Both the position numbers and the translations under genes were made by a program. A stretch of 64,000 nt of DNA from Thermoanaerobaculia bacterium (GTDB taxonomy: Bacteria; Acidobacteriota; Thermoanaerobaculia; Multivoradales; UBA5704). The stretch lies in the NCBI GenBank assembly GCA_044226625.1, contig JBGAGQ010000015.1:39215-103214 (forward strand), written 5' to 3'. The notes beneath the pieces were generated by a model. That model saw only the letters and a list, made by a program, of their open reading frames with translations. It ran no database searches and was not told the DNA's origin. Below, one piece after another: positions 9,609 through 19,763 of this stretch. Every line of letters starts with the position of its first letter. Position 1 is the first letter of the stretch.

Positions 9609-10598
9609 TCAGGCCACTGCCGCGAGCAGAGCCCGACGGACGGCGGTTTCGAGGATCGGCAGCTTGTATGCGTTGTGGGCGAGCGGCTTCGCCCCCTCGA
9701 TCGCGAGGGCCGCCGCCTTGCGTGCGGTCTCTTCGTTGAGCGGTTTGCCGACCAGCGCGGCTTCGGCGTTCTTCGCCCGCCATGGGACCGGTGCCGCGGC
9801 GCCGAGGACGATCCGCGCTTCCTTGACGTTTCCTCCTTCGAGGTCGAGCCGCACGGCGGTCTCGGCGATCGGCCAATCGAAGGATTCCTTTTCGCCGATC
9901 TTCAGATACGCGGTTCGCGTCCCCGGGCCGAGAGGAGGAAGAAGGATGCGCACCAGAATTTCCCCTTCGGCGATCGAGTGCTCGCGCCGGATGTCCTCGT
10001 CGGGGCGGACGAACAGCTGTTCGATCGAGATCGTCCGCTGGCGCTTCGCTGCCGCAATTTCGAGCCGGGCGCCGATCGCCGCGAGGGCGGTTCCGATCGC
10101 CGACGGATGGACGATCGCGCAGACCCGGTTGCCGAACACGGCGTGATAGTCGTTTTCCCCCTCCTGCGCGAAGCAGTGCCCGCCCCCCTTCTTGAGGCAA
10201 TGGAAGTCGGCGCTGCGGAAATACCAGCAACGAGGGCGTTGCAGGAGGTTGCCGCCCACGGTCGCCGCCTGGCGGACGTTCGGCGTGGCGGCGTGTCCTG
10301 CGGCGTCAGCGAGGGCGGGGTAGAGGGAGCGGACCTCTCGATTAGAGTCGAGCTGCGCGAGAGTCGCGAGCGCGCCGACCGCGAGGCCGCCGTCAGGCAA
10401 GCGCTCGATCCGGTCGAGACCGGGGACGGTCCGCAGGTTGACCAGACGCGACGGCGCGTCGAGCCCTTCCTTGAGACGGTCGATCACGTCGACCCCGCCG
10501 GCCTTGAGCATCGCCTTGCCGGACGAATCGGGATCGAGCGCGGCGAGCGCCTCGTCGAGACTCTTCGGGTCGAGCCACTCGAAAGCAGAGATCGTCAT
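9609..10598 (-). CDS. Xanthine dehydrogenase/aldehyde oxidoreductase family FAD-binding subunit (YagS/PaoB-like)
   Basis: KAGGVD and ATVGGNLLQRPRCWYFR...C..KGG..C motifs; true start MTISAF at 10598. Confidence 0.9.
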   Translation of the reverse strand: MTISAFEWLDPKSLDEALAALDPDSSGKAMLKAGGVDVIDRLKEGLDAPSRLVNLRTVPGLDRIERLPDGGLAVGALATLAQLDSNREVRSLYPALADAAGHAATPNVRQAATVGGNLLQRPRCWYFRSADFHCLKKGGGHCFAQEGENDYHAVFGNRVCAIVHPSAIGTALAAIGARLEIAAAKRQRTISIEQLFVRPDEDIRREHSIAEGEILVRILLPPLGPGTRTAYLKIGEKESFDWPIAETAVRLDLEGGNVKEARIVLGAAAPVPWRAKNAEAALVGKPLNEETARKAAALAIEGAKPLAHNAYKLPILETAVRRALLAAVA

Positions 10599-12979
10599 CG
10601 AGCACCTCCGGCAGTGGGGACCTTGCCGAGCGCCGCGAGCACGCGCGCCGGGGACATCGGCAGCTCGCGCAGCCGGACGCCGAGTGCGTTGTAGACGGCG
10701 TTGGCGACCGCGGCGACGGTCGGAATCGTCGCCGGCTCGCCGATCCCTCCCGCGTCGGTCGAGCTGCGCGCGAGGTAGTTCTCTACTAGATGAACCTCGA
10801 TCTCCGGCGTCTCCATCGCGCCCAGGATCTTGTACTGCTCGAGGTTCGGATTGACCATCCGGCCGGTCGAGCGGTCGAGACGGCGGTTCTCGTAGAGCGC
10901 GTACGAGATCCCCTGGAGGATGCCGCCGTTCACCTGGCTCTCGATCGCGAGCGGATTGAGCGGTCGGCCGCAGTCGTGGACGGCGACCACCCGCTCGACT
11001 CGGATCACTCCGGTCTCCGTGTCGACCGCCACCTGCGCGAACTGCACGCCGCCGAGGAAATCCATGCCCCGCTCGCCATACTCGGGGCTGCGCATGGCGG
11101 TCGCCGTGATCGCTTCGGTCGGCAGCCGGCCGGCGGCCTGGCGGAAGCTCAGCGTCCGCTCCGGAGAGGAGCGAAGGTGGATCTTCCCCTCGCGCAGGTC
11201 GACGCCTGCCGCCGGGACCCCGAGCGACTCGGCGACCGCGGCGACGAACCGGAGCTTCGCTTTGTAGGCCGCGTTGCGTACCGCGGGGGTGAGCGAACCG
11301 GTCGTCATGCTGCCGCCGGAGGGAGGGCCGGGAGGAAACCCCGTGTCGCCCACGCGGACCACGACGTCTTTCGCCTCGAGGCCCAGCTCTTCGGCGACCA
11401 CCTGTGCGATCGCCGTCTTGATCCCGCCTCCGATGTCCTGGACCGCGGAGAGCGCCTCGACGGAGCCGTCCTGCGAGATGCGCACTTCGCAGCCGGAATC
11501 CATGCTGTTGAAGCGATACCAGACCGCCTGGGCGACGCCGATGCCGCGCCGGATGGGCCCCTCCGCCGGGTCGCGCCCGGGAGGATGCCGCCGCGCCCAG
11601 CCGATCCGCTCCGCGCCGATCCGCCGCTCCTCGCGGCGCGCCGGGTGCTCGTCGTTCGCGTCCATGAGCGCCAGCGTGTCGAGGCCGAGTTTTTCGGCCA
11701 GCTCGTCGATCGACTGTTCGAGAGCGAAGCACCCCTGCGGATGCCCCGGGGCGCGGAACGCCGCGCCCGGACCGGCATGGGTGAAGACGTCGCTCTCCTC
11801 GGTCCAGACCCGCGGGATGCGATAGAGCGCTTGCGCCGGACCGGCCGTGCCGGCCCCGGTGCCCACCCCCGCGGTGCCGTAACTTTCGAACCGGAGCGCT
11901 TGAAGCTTGCCGTCCCGGTTGCCGCCGAGGCGGACGCGCATCTTCGCGTCGGGGCGGTTGCCGGTCGAGAGGTGCTCTTCCTTCCGGTCGTAGAAGAGGC
12001 GGACCGGCGCGCCGGTCTTTTTCGACAGCGTCGCCGCCACGAGGCCGAACGTGCCGGCGCCGAACTTCGCGCCGAAACCGCCTCCCATGTACTCGGTGAG
12101 GACGCGGACCTTGGCCTTGGGCAGGCCGAAGATCGCGGCGAGCTCGTCGCGGACGGAGAGCGTCCCCTGCGTCGAGGCGTAAACGGTAAGTCCGTCCTCG
12201 CGCCAGTCGGCGACCACGCCATGGGTCTCGAGCGCGGAGTGGGTCTGCACCTGCGTGCGGTAAGTCGCGTCGACCACGGCGTCGCAGGCCGCGAGCGCTT
12301 CGTCCGTCGCCTTCCCGTCCTCGGGTTTCGCGTCGCGCGAAAGCATCGGGCCGCGGACGTTGCCCACCTGGCGGACGTGGCCGCCCCCTCCGCCGCCCCC
12401 TTCCGATTCCTCCTGCGCGGCATCGGCGGGGAAGACGCGCGGCGCGTCCTCGCTCTTCGCTTCGTCGAGGTCGACGACGAATGGCATCGGCTCGTACTCG
12501 ACCATGATCTTCGCCGCCGCCTCGGCGGCCGCTACCGGGGTGATCGCGGCGACCGCGGCGACCGGCTGGCCAGCGAAGCGAACGATCGGAAACTTCGAGG
12601 GGATCTCCTTCGACGGATCGGAAAGCTCGGCGTTGCCGAGCACCCGATCGAGAACGTGGACCGCGCGAACCCCGGGATGCCGCTCGGCCGCGGCCGTGTC
12701 GATCGAGAGGACCTTGGCGTGCGGGTGGGGTGAGACGACCATCCGCGCGTAGAGCATTCCGGGGAGCTGCACGTCGCTCGGGTAGCGCGCGGCGCCGCTC
12801 ACCTTGGCACGGCCGTCGAGACGTGGCGTTGGGTGGCCGACCTGAGAAAGACCGGAGTTCTGAGGCCAAGCCGGCGGCTCGTCGGCGGGGACGTTTCGCT
12901 CGACCGAGGAGCTTCCTCCGACTCCTACCGAAAAGCGCTCTTTTCTGGTCGTGGTGGAGGTCGTCGAATCGGCGCTCAT
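10595..12979 (-). CDS. Xanthine dehydrogenase family molybdopterin-binding subunit (YagR/PaoC-like)
   Basis: MGGGFGAK, AFRAPG, QDIGGG, SGGSMT and GIGEP motifs; start MSADS at 12979. Confidence 0.92.
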   Translation of the reverse strand: MSADSTTSTTTRKERFSVGVGGSSSVERNVPADEPPAWPQNSGLSQVGHPTPRLDGRAKVSGAARYPSDVQLPGMLYARMVVSPHPHAKVLSIDTAAAERHPGVRAVHVLDRVLGNAELSDPSKEIPSKFPIVRFAGQPVAAVAAITPVAAAEAAAKIMVEYEPMPFVVDLDEAKSEDAPRVFPADAAQEESEGGGGGGGHVRQVGNVRGPMLSRDAKPEDGKATDEALAACDAVVDATYRTQVQTHSALETHGVVADWREDGLTVYASTQGTLSVRDELAAIFGLPKAKVRVLTEYMGGGFGAKFGAGTFGLVAATLSKKTGAPVRLFYDRKEEHLSTGNRPDAKMRVRLGGNRDGKLQALRFESYGTAGVGTGAGTAGPAQALYRIPRVWTEESDVFTHAGPGAAFRAPGHPQGCFALEQSIDELAEKLGLDTLALMDANDEHPARREERRIGAERIGWARRHPPGRDPAEGPIRRGIGVAQAVWYRFNSMDSGCEVRISQDGSVEALSAVQDIGGGIKTAIAQVVAEELGLEAKDVVVRVGDTGFPPGPPSGGSMTTGSLTPAVRNAAYKAKLRFVAAVAESLGVPAAGVDLREGKIHLRSSPERTLSFRQAAGRLPTEAITATAMRSPEYGERGMDFLGGVQFAQVAVDTETGVIRVERVVAVHDCGRPLNPLAIESQVNGGILQGISYALYENRRLDRSTGRMVNPNLEQYKILGAMETPEIEVHLVENYLARSSTDAGGIGEPATIPTVAAVANAVYNALGVRLRELPMSPARVLAALGKVPTAGGAR

Positions 12980-13623
12980 GATCGACCTTTCCCCTCGCGC
13001 TTCGAACGGGCGGCGTCGAGAGTCGCGGCGAAGACTTTCGGATAGGTGCCGCAGCGGCAGAGGTTGCCGCGCACGGCGTGCTTGACGTCGGCGAGCGTCG
13101 GATTCGGGTTCCGTTCGAGCAGGGCGGCGCAGCTCATCACCATCCCCGGGGTGCAGTAGCCGCATTGGAGCGCGTCATGTTCGACGAATGCGGCCTGGAC
13201 CGGATGGATCGAACCGGAGGGAGCGAGCCCCTCGATCGTCGTCACCTCGCGGCTCCCGATGTCGAGCGCGAAGGTCATGCACGAGTTGACCGGCGTGCCG
13301 TCGAGCCAGACCGTGCAGCCCGAGCAGGCGCCGCGGTCGCAGATCACCTTGGTCCCCGTGAGGTGGAGCCCGTCGCGCAGCACCTCGGCGAGCGTCGCGC
13401 GCGGCTCGACCTGGACCGAACGGACGGTGCCGTTCACCTTGATCGAGATCGGCACCGCCCCCGGGCCGCGGCTCGAAGCCTCGACGGACGCCGCGCGGGC
13501 GCCTTCGATCAGTCCGCTTTCGAGCAGCGCCGAGCCCGCGGCGGTGATCCCCGCGCCGCGCAGGAACGCGCGCCGCGACATGCCGCCGGCAGAGGGAGAA
13601 TCGGAATCGTGAGCATCGGCCAT
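12976..13623 (-). CDS. 2Fe-2S subunit with Tat signal (YagT/PaoA-like)
   Basis: SRRAFLR twin-arginine; CDRGACSGC, QCGYC and CRC. Confidence 0.92.
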   Translation of the reverse strand: MADAHDSDSPSAGGMSRRAFLRGAGITAAGSALLESGLIEGARAASVEASSRGPGAVPISIKVNGTVRSVQVEPRATLAEVLRDGLHLTGTKVICDRGACSGCTVWLDGTPVNSCMTFALDIGSREVTTIEGLAPSGSIHPVQAAFVEHDALQCGYCTPGMVMSCAALLERNPNPTLADVKHAVRGNLCRCGTYPKVFAATLDAARSKREGKGRS

Positions 13624-13728
13624 CGGCGGGCTCCTCGTCGAGTTCGCGGACGAATACGCTGAACTACGCGGAGGATGGCGCGGAGTTGCGGAAAGCGCAA
13701 GACGGTTGGCGCTGGCGAGGCCGGACTT

Positions 13729-14262
13729 TCAGGCGTCGAGAACCCGGTGCCAGAGCTTTGCCGCATGAGGAGGGAGGTGCGCCAATTGGACCTCGACTTC
13801 GGCGATCAGGCGGGAGCGGTCGCCTTCCTGATCGAGGAGTTGCTGCACGTCCCAGCCATCCTGGCCTCCACCGGCGTAGAGCTTCAAAAGGATCAAGTCG
13901 GCCGCTCGCACCACGGGAAGAAGCCCATCGGGCGAATCGTGGAGGGCGACCCGGTCGAGGATGTCCTTCTGCCATCTGTGCTTTCCGACGACCAAGTCAA
14001 CTGGAATTTCGCCGGGGCTCACGAAACGTACGATCCCAGCGAGTGGATCGGAGAAGTCCCCTTTCCGGATCTCGAGGGCCGCACCTTGCTCGGCGAGCCT
14101 CGTCCATCTGTCGGGCCGTAAGCACGAGGCCTCGACGGTGAACAGGTCGTGGTCGTGAGTGGCGCGATTGACGCCATGGACCGAGAGCGCTCCGGCACCG
14201 ATCAAGGCGAAAGGTACCTGTCCTTCGGAGAGGACTTGCGCGACCCTCGCAAGCAGCGTCAC
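13729..14262 (-). CDS. Nucleotidyltransferase-fold protein (putative toxin)
   Basis: LIGAGALSVHG..RATHDHDL and LILLKLYAG...D motifs of stand-alone Pol-beta-like/AbiEii-like NTases. Confidence 0.7.
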   Translation of the reverse strand: MTLLARVAQVLSEGQVPFALIGAGALSVHGVNRATHDHDLFTVEASCLRPDRWTRLAEQGAALEIRKGDFSDPLAGIVRFVSPGEIPVDLVVGKHRWQKDILDRVALHDSPDGLLPVVRAADLILLKLYAGGGQDGWDVQQLLDQEGDRSRLIAEVEVQLAHLPPHAAKLWHRVLDA

Positions 14263-14267
14263 GAGCC

Positions 14268-14489
14268 TTACCCGATGATCTCAGACATGCATTTCGAAGG
14301 GATGCGGCTCGCTTGGCGTCGGCGTTCGAGAATACGGATCGCCGTCGCTCGATCAAGGCCGTTGGCCATCCGGAAACGCTCGATCCCTTCCTCTCCGAGA
14401 CGGAGCGACCGGGCGATCCGCTCCCCGAGGGAAAGCTTGAGGGTTTCGGCGCGCTGTTCGGCGCGAAGGTCGTCGGCCACGGATCGCAT
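14268..14489 (-). CDS. Small basic protein (73 aa), putative partner/antitoxin of the NTase
   Basis: MRSVADDLRAEQ...; TAGAAT 8 nt before the ATG; ends 5 nt before the NTase start. Confidence 0.6.
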   Translation of the reverse strand: MRSVADDLRAEQRAETLKLSLGERIARSLRLGEEGIERFRMANGLDRATAIRILERRRQASRIPSKCMSEIIG

Positions 14490-14521
14490 GGCCCTGGATT
14501 CTATTCGCCTTCCCGCGAGGT

Positions 14522-15466
14522 CTAGAACTCTCCGACGAACGAGATCTCCGGCGTCAGGCGATAGCCGGTCTCGCGCTCGACGATCTCTTGGGCGTGGGCG
14601 ATCAGGGCGCGCACGTCGGAGGCGGTGGCGCCTCCCGTGTTGACGAAGATGTTGGCGTGGCGCGGCGAAATCAGAGCGCCGCCGATGCGGTAGCCCTTGA
14701 GGCCGCATTGGTCGATCAGGCGGCCGGCGCCGATTCCTTCGATCTTCTGGAAGATCGAGCCGGCGGATGGCTCGGTGTCGAGCGGCGGATGCTTCTCGGC
14801 CCTCCACGCCAGGTTCTCCTGTGCGACACGGCGCAGGTCCGCGGGATCGGCGGGGGAGAGGGCGAAGGACGCGGAGAGCACGACGTCCCTTCGACGATGG
14901 AGGATCGAGGTGTCGTAGCCGAACTCGAAGTAGGAAGCCGGAACGGTCTTCCTCACACCCTCGACGGTGAGGATCTCCGCCTCCTCCGTCACCTCGGCGA
15001 TGAACATCGTCCGCTCGCGCGCCGGGGCGGGGGAGAGGAAATGGAGGTTCTGCCAGAGCGCGCCGCCCACCGTCGACGGGATGCCGACGTAGTGCTCGAG
15101 CCCGGCGAGGCCCGCGGCGATCGCCGCCTCGATCAAGTCGGGAAAGACCAGAGCGCCGCTCTCGGCCCGCAAGCGGCCGGTGCCTGGATCGATCGACAGG
15201 TTGCGCGCCTGGTTGCGGATCACCAGACCGCGGAAGCCGCGGTCCCCGACGAGGATGTTCGCGCCGCAGCCGAGCAGGTACCAGGGGACACCCGTTTCGG
15301 TTGCCGCGAGGATCGCCGCCGCGAGCTCGTTCGCGCTTTCGGGCTCGTAGAAGAGGTCGGCCGGTCCGCCGATGCGAAACGTGGTGAACGGCGAGAGGGG
15401 TACGTCGAACCGAACGCGTGGCCCGAGCGCGCGGGCGAGCCGCTCGATGGCGGTACCGTCACTCAT
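14522..15466 (-). CDS. murB: UDP-N-acetylmuramate dehydrogenase
   Basis: TTFRIGGPAD, GIPSTVGGA, PSAGSIF and HANIFVN. Confidence 0.93.
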   Translation of the reverse strand: MSDGTAIERLARALGPRVRFDVPLSPFTTFRIGGPADLFYEPESANELAAAILAATETGVPWYLLGCGANILVGDRGFRGLVIRNQARNLSIDPGTGRLRAESGALVFPDLIEAAIAAGLAGLEHYVGIPSTVGGALWQNLHFLSPAPARERTMFIAEVTEEAEILTVEGVRKTVPASYFEFGYDTSILHRRRDVVLSASFALSPADPADLRRVAQENLAWRAEKHPPLDTEPSAGSIFQKIEGIGAGRLIDQCGLKGYRIGGALISPRHANIFVNTGGATASDVRALIAHAQEIVERETGYRLTPEISFVGEF

Positions 15467-15887
15467 CGAGCATCGCGATCCGCCGGGCGTGCCGACCTCC
15501 TTCGAACGGCGTGTCGAGGAAGATCCGGACGATCTCGAGCGCCAATTCGAGCGGGATCATCCGCTCGCCGATCGAGAGCACGTTCGCGTCGTTGTGCTCG
15601 CGCCCGAGGCGGGCGGTTTCGAGCGACCAGCAGAGGGCGCAGCGAGCGCCTTTGACGCGATTCGCCGCCATCGCTTCGCCGTTTCCCGAGCCGCCGAGGA
15701 CGATTCCCCGATCGGCGTCGCCGCGCACGACGGCCTCGGCGACCGGCCGGCAGAAACGTGGGTAGTCGACCGATTCGGTCGAGTCGGTGCCGAAGTCCTC
15801 GACCTCGTGGCCGAGCGACGAGAGCAAGGTCTTGATCTCTTCTTTGTAGCGAAACCCGGCGTGGTCCGAGCCGATGGCGATGCGCAT
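15459..15887 (-). CDS. rpiB: Ribose-5-phosphate isomerase B
   Basis: MRIAIGSDHAG, DYP, GSGNGEAMAAN, HNDANVL and FEGGRHARRI. Confidence 0.93.
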   Translation of the reverse strand: MRIAIGSDHAGFRYKEEIKTLLSSLGHEVEDFGTDSTESVDYPRFCRPVAEAVVRGDADRGIVLGGSGNGEAMAANRVKGARCALCWSLETARLGREHNDANVLSIGERMIPLELALEIVRIFLDTPFEGGRHARRIAMLDE

Positions 15888-15947
15888 GGAAATACCGCTC
15901 CTCGAGGTTACGGGCCGATCAGGGCCGAATTGTACAATCGCGCCGCC

Positions 15948-17324
15948 ATGGCCCGCCGACCCGTCGTCTACGCCGTATCGCTCCTGCTGCTCAGCCTCGC
16001 CTCGGGTACCGCCTGCGGAAAGCCGGCGCAGAAGCCGAACGTAATCTTCATCCTGCTCGACACGCTGCGCTACGACCGGCTCGGCGCCTACGGTTACGCC
16101 AAACCGACGACGCCGCATCTCGACGCGTTCGCGAAAGAGGGCGTGCTGTTCGAGCAGGCGCGGAGCCAGGCGGCCTGCACCTTCCCGTCGGTCAATTCGA
16201 TCCTCACCTCGCGCTGGCCGCTCCACTTCCTGGGCCAGCCGGACAACCAGATCGGAATTCCGAAGGAGTACCCGGCGCTGCCGGAGATCCTCCAGTCGAA
16301 CGGCTACCAGACGCTCGCGGTGACCGCGAGCCCGATCGTGCGGAAGAACCCTTCGCACCACAACATGCACGGCGGCTTCGAGCGGGGCTTCAACGTTTTC
16401 GACGAGTCCTGTCACATCCGGCGGGCGAGCTGCGTCAACCGCCGCGCGTCGCATCACCTGAATCGAATCGATCCGAAGACCCCGTTCTTCCTCTACCTGC
16501 ACTACATGGACGTCCATAGCGCCTACATCCCACCGTCGCCGTGGAAAGAGCGCTTCGTCGAGCCCTACCCGGAGGCGCGCCCGTGGATCTTGAAAGGGAA
16601 CCCGCGGCCGATCCGGCGGAGCCTTACGGGGGAGGGGAGGAAGGTCGAGATGTCGGCGCGCGACGTCGCCTACATGAGCGGCCTGTACGACGGCGAGCTC
16701 GCCTACCTCGACGCCCAGCTCGGCGAGCTGTTCGCCCAGCTCGACAAGGATGGCCTGCTCGATTCCTCGATCGTGGTCGTCGCCGCCGATCACGGCGAGG
16801 AGTTCATGGAGCACGGGCGGATGATCCATTGCGAGGTGCTCTATGAGACCTCGATCCACGTGCCGCTGATCGTCCGGTTCCCTCCCGCGCTGCGGACGAA
16901 AGGCGCCAAAGCGAGGATCGGCGAGCTGGTCGAAAACCTCGACGTCACGCCCACCCTGCTCGACTATCTGGGTATCCAGCCGCCTGGGCCGGTCGACGGC
17001 AAGAGCCTGCGGCCGCTGATCGAGGAGGGGACCCCCCTTCACGACGGGTCGTATTCCCTGCAGTACGCGCAGCGAAGCGCCACCGACGGCCGGGGCAAGC
17101 TGATCTTCGATCCGGGCACGGGCCGATTCCAGCTGCACATGCTGGCTTCCGACCCCTTGGAGCAGAAGGACGTGCTCGCCGCGGAGCGCCGGACCTACTT
17201 CGCGCTCCGCAAGAAGCTCGAGGCCCGGATGACGGCGCTCGAAGGGGGGCTCGCGACCCAGGGGAGCCTGGAGGCCGCCCGCGAAGGGGAGCGGCAGCTG
17301 AAGGCGCTCGGATACCTTCAGTGA
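15948..17324 (+). CDS. Exported sulfatase-like (alkaline phosphatase superfamily) protein 1
   Basis: PNVIFILLDTLR, TFPS..SILT, HYMDVH, ADHGEEF and LKALGYL terminus; lipoprotein-like signal. Confidence 0.85.
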   Translation: MARRPVVYAVSLLLLSLASGTACGKPAQKPNVIFILLDTLRYDRLGAYGYAKPTTPHLDAFAKEGVLFEQARSQAACTFPSVNSILTSRWPLHFLGQPDNQIGIPKEYPALPEILQSNGYQTLAVTASPIVRKNPSHHNMHGGFERGFNVFDESCHIRRASCVNRRASHHLNRIDPKTPFFLYLHYMDVHSAYIPPSPWKERFVEPYPEARPWILKGNPRPIRRSLTGEGRKVEMSARDVAYMSGLYDGELAYLDAQLGELFAQLDKDGLLDSSIVVVAADHGEEFMEHGRMIHCEVLYETSIHVPLIVRFPPALRTKGAKARIGELVENLDVTPTLLDYLGIQPPGPVDGKSLRPLIEEGTPLHDGSYSLQYAQRSATDGRGKLIFDPGTGRFQLHMLASDPLEQKDVLAAERRTYFALRKKLEARMTALEGGLATQGSLEAAREGERQLKALGYLQ

Positions 17325-18763
17325 GCCGCGGGCCGCGCAGCCGGCGTAGGGGGGCGGTCGCCGCGATCCCTGCGATCGCCGCGGTCACCGCCGCCCTGCT
17401 CGGCCTTCTCGGCGGCGCCTGCTCGCCCGAGCGCCGCGCCGCCGAGGCGCCGGTGCGGCCCAACGTCATCTTCCTCCTGCTGGACACCCTGCGCGCCGAC
17501 CGTTTGTCGTCCTACGGCTATCCGAAGCCGACCACGCCTCACCTCGACCGATTCGCTGCCGAGGGGCTGCTGTTCGAGCAGGCGCGCAGCCAGGCCTCGT
17601 GCACGTTCCCGTCCGTCAATTCGATCCTCACCTCGCGCTGGCCGGCACGTTTCTACGGCCAGCCGCAGCAGCGGGTGGGCATCCCCGACGGGTTCGTCTC
17701 GCTGGCCGAGATCCTGGGGGGCGAGGGATACCGGACGATCGCCGTCTCGGCGAGCCCGATCGTGCGCAAGAGCACTTCGCCGTTCAACCTGCACGGCGGC
17801 TTCGACCGAGGATTCGAGATCTTCGACGAGAGCTGCTTCAACCGTCGCGCCGACTGCCTCAACCGCCGCGTGCATCGCCATCTGAATCACCTGACGCCTC
17901 CCGGGGCGCCGTTCTTCCTCTATCTGCACTACCAGGACGTCCATAGCCCGTACGCCCCGCCGTCTCCCTGGCGCGAGCGGTTCCAGCCGAAAGCGGCGAC
18001 CGCAGCCGTTCGGGATTGGGCGCTCGCGGGCAACCCGCAGCCGATCCTCTCGAGCCTGTTGGGCGAAGGGCCGAAGGTCGAGCCGACTCCCCTCGAGGTC
18101 GAGACGTTGAGCTCGCTCTACGACGGGGGGCTCGCCGAGCTGGACGAGCAGCTGGGTTTGCTGTTCGACGACCTGCGCGCCCGCGCTCTGCTCGACTCTT
18201 CGATCGTGGTGATCGCCTCCGACCATGGCGAGGAGTTTCTGGAGCACGGCCGCATCCTGCACTGCGAGACGCAGTTCGAGACTTCCATCCATGTGCCGCT
18301 GATCGTGCGCCTGCCGCGTCTGCAGACAGCGGAGCGTCACGGGCGGTTCACCGCGCTGGTCGAAAATCTCGACCTGGTGCCAACGATCGTCGACTATCTG
18401 GGTCTCGCTCCGGGGGTCCCGTTCGAGGGGAAGAGCCTCCGTCCGTTGATCGAGCGCGGAGAGGCGGTCCACGAGACGACCGAATCGCTCCAATACGCGC
18501 TGCGCAGCGCGACCGACGGCAGGGCGAAGCTGATCTACGACGCCTCCCGGCCGCCAGGAGCGAGAGGGCGATACGCCCTGTTCGATCTGACCTCCGATCC
18601 GACAGAGCTACGCGATCGGCTCGCCGCCGAACCGGATCTCTTTCGGCGCCTGCGCTCCCGTCTCGAAACGCGCTTGAAAGCCGCCGAAGGGGACCTTTCG
18701 GGATCGCTCGACGCCGCGCGGGAGAGTGAGAAGGATCTGAAATCGCTCGGCTATCTGCACTGA
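17321..18763 (+). CDS. Exported sulfatase-like protein 2 (tandem paralogue)
   Basis: Same motifs as the previous gene; LGGAC lipobox. Confidence 0.85.
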   Translation: MSRGPRSRRRGAVAAIPAIAAVTAALLGLLGGACSPERRAAEAPVRPNVIFLLLDTLRADRLSSYGYPKPTTPHLDRFAAEGLLFEQARSQASCTFPSVNSILTSRWPARFYGQPQQRVGIPDGFVSLAEILGGEGYRTIAVSASPIVRKSTSPFNLHGGFDRGFEIFDESCFNRRADCLNRRVHRHLNHLTPPGAPFFLYLHYQDVHSPYAPPSPWRERFQPKAATAAVRDWALAGNPQPILSSLLGEGPKVEPTPLEVETLSSLYDGGLAELDEQLGLLFDDLRARALLDSSIVVIASDHGEEFLEHGRILHCETQFETSIHVPLIVRLPRLQTAERHGRFTALVENLDLVPTIVDYLGLAPGVPFEGKSLRPLIERGEAVHETTESLQYALRSATDGRAKLIYDASRPPGARGRYALFDLTSDPTELRDRLAAEPDLFRRLRSRLETRLKAAEGDLSGSLDAARESEKDLKSLGYLH

Positions 18764-18767
18764 GCCG

Positions 18768-19763
18768 TCAGTTGATCCACTCCTTGGGCTCTCGACGGAC
18801 GTCTAGGACCTCGTCGTCTTCTTCGAGCGGATCCTCGTCGTCGGGCGGCTCGGGAGCGGCTTCGGCACGAAGCGCGGCCAGATCGTCCTCGAGCGCCCAG
18901 GCCTCTTTGAGCTTGCGGTCCCGCTCCTTCCTCTTCTTGAACGCGACCAGGGCGAGCGCCGTGATCCCGAACCAGAGGGCGGTCGAGCTGGTGAGCAGGG
19001 GAACCCAGCGATTCCAGAGCGTCCGCCGCCGCCAATACGAGGCCTCGACCGAGGCGAGCGGCTCGCCGACCGCTTCGACGAACGCGGTCTCGAAGTCCTC
19101 CCCCTGGGAGATTCCGGCGAGGATCCTCGGCGCCACCTCCGGCCCCTGTCGGACGAGGAGGTCGGCGACGAAATCTCCCGCGAGCGCATAGGCCGCCTGG
19201 ACCTCGGCGCTCGCGCCGACGAACCGCGAATCGAGCTCCGCGAGCGTGGTTCGCCCGTCGATCAGGATCGCCCAGGCGGTCCGGGACCGGTCTTCGAGGC
19301 CGCGCCCCCGGCCGGCGGCCATCGCGAGCCCTTCGTGAAACCAGCGCGGTACCGGGCGCCCGGCGGCGGCCCGGTCGATCAGCACGTGGGCCACCTCGTG
19401 CTGGACCAGAGCGTCGAAATCGTCGTCCGGGTATTTTCGTGTCCGGGCGGGGAAGAGGACCACTCGGCCCGCCGGACCGGTCGCGTATCCCGAGATCCAA
19501 AGCGGAACCTCGCGCGCGAGCACCGAGCTTTCCGGCGCGAGAACCACCCGGATCGGCGCCAGATCCTCCGCGCCGGTCAAGCGCATCGCGGGCTCGAGGA
19601 GGGCTGGATCGAACTGTTCCACCCTCTTGGCGAGAGCCGAAAGCTCCCGAGGAGCCTCCACGATCAGGCGAGGCGGTGCCACCGATGCGCCAGCCATCGA
19701 AGCGCAGGACAGAGTCAGAACGAGCCCGATCCCAATCGACCGAAGCAGAGTCTTCAAGACCAC
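18768..19763 (-). CDS. Peptidase MA-family metallopeptidase with C-terminal membrane anchor
   Basis: HEVAH...PRWFHEGLA; signal peptide; C-terminal TM followed by KKRK. Confidence 0.78.
   Translation of the reverse strand: MVLKTLLRSIGIGLVLTLSCASMAGASVAPPRLIVEAPRELSALAKRVEQFDPALLEPAMRLTGAEDLAPIRVVLAPESSVLAREVPLWISGYATGPAGRVVLFPARTRKYPDDDFDALVQHEVAHVLIDRAAAGRPVPRWFHEGLAMAAGRGRGLEDRSRTAWAILIDGRTTLAELDSRFVGASAEVQAAYALAGDFVADLLVRQGPEVAPRILAGISQGEDFETAFVEAVGEPLASVEASYWRRRTLWNRWVPLLTSSTALWFGITALALVAFKKRKERDRKLKEAWALEDDLAALRAEAAPEPPDDEDPLEEDDEVLDVRREPKEWIN

Noticed and set aside
9609-13165. ORF-track 1086-aa and 856-aa proteins as fusions
   Set aside because: Upstream extensions are off-frame overlaps with neighbouring genes; real starts are 10598 and 12979 with ATGA coupling
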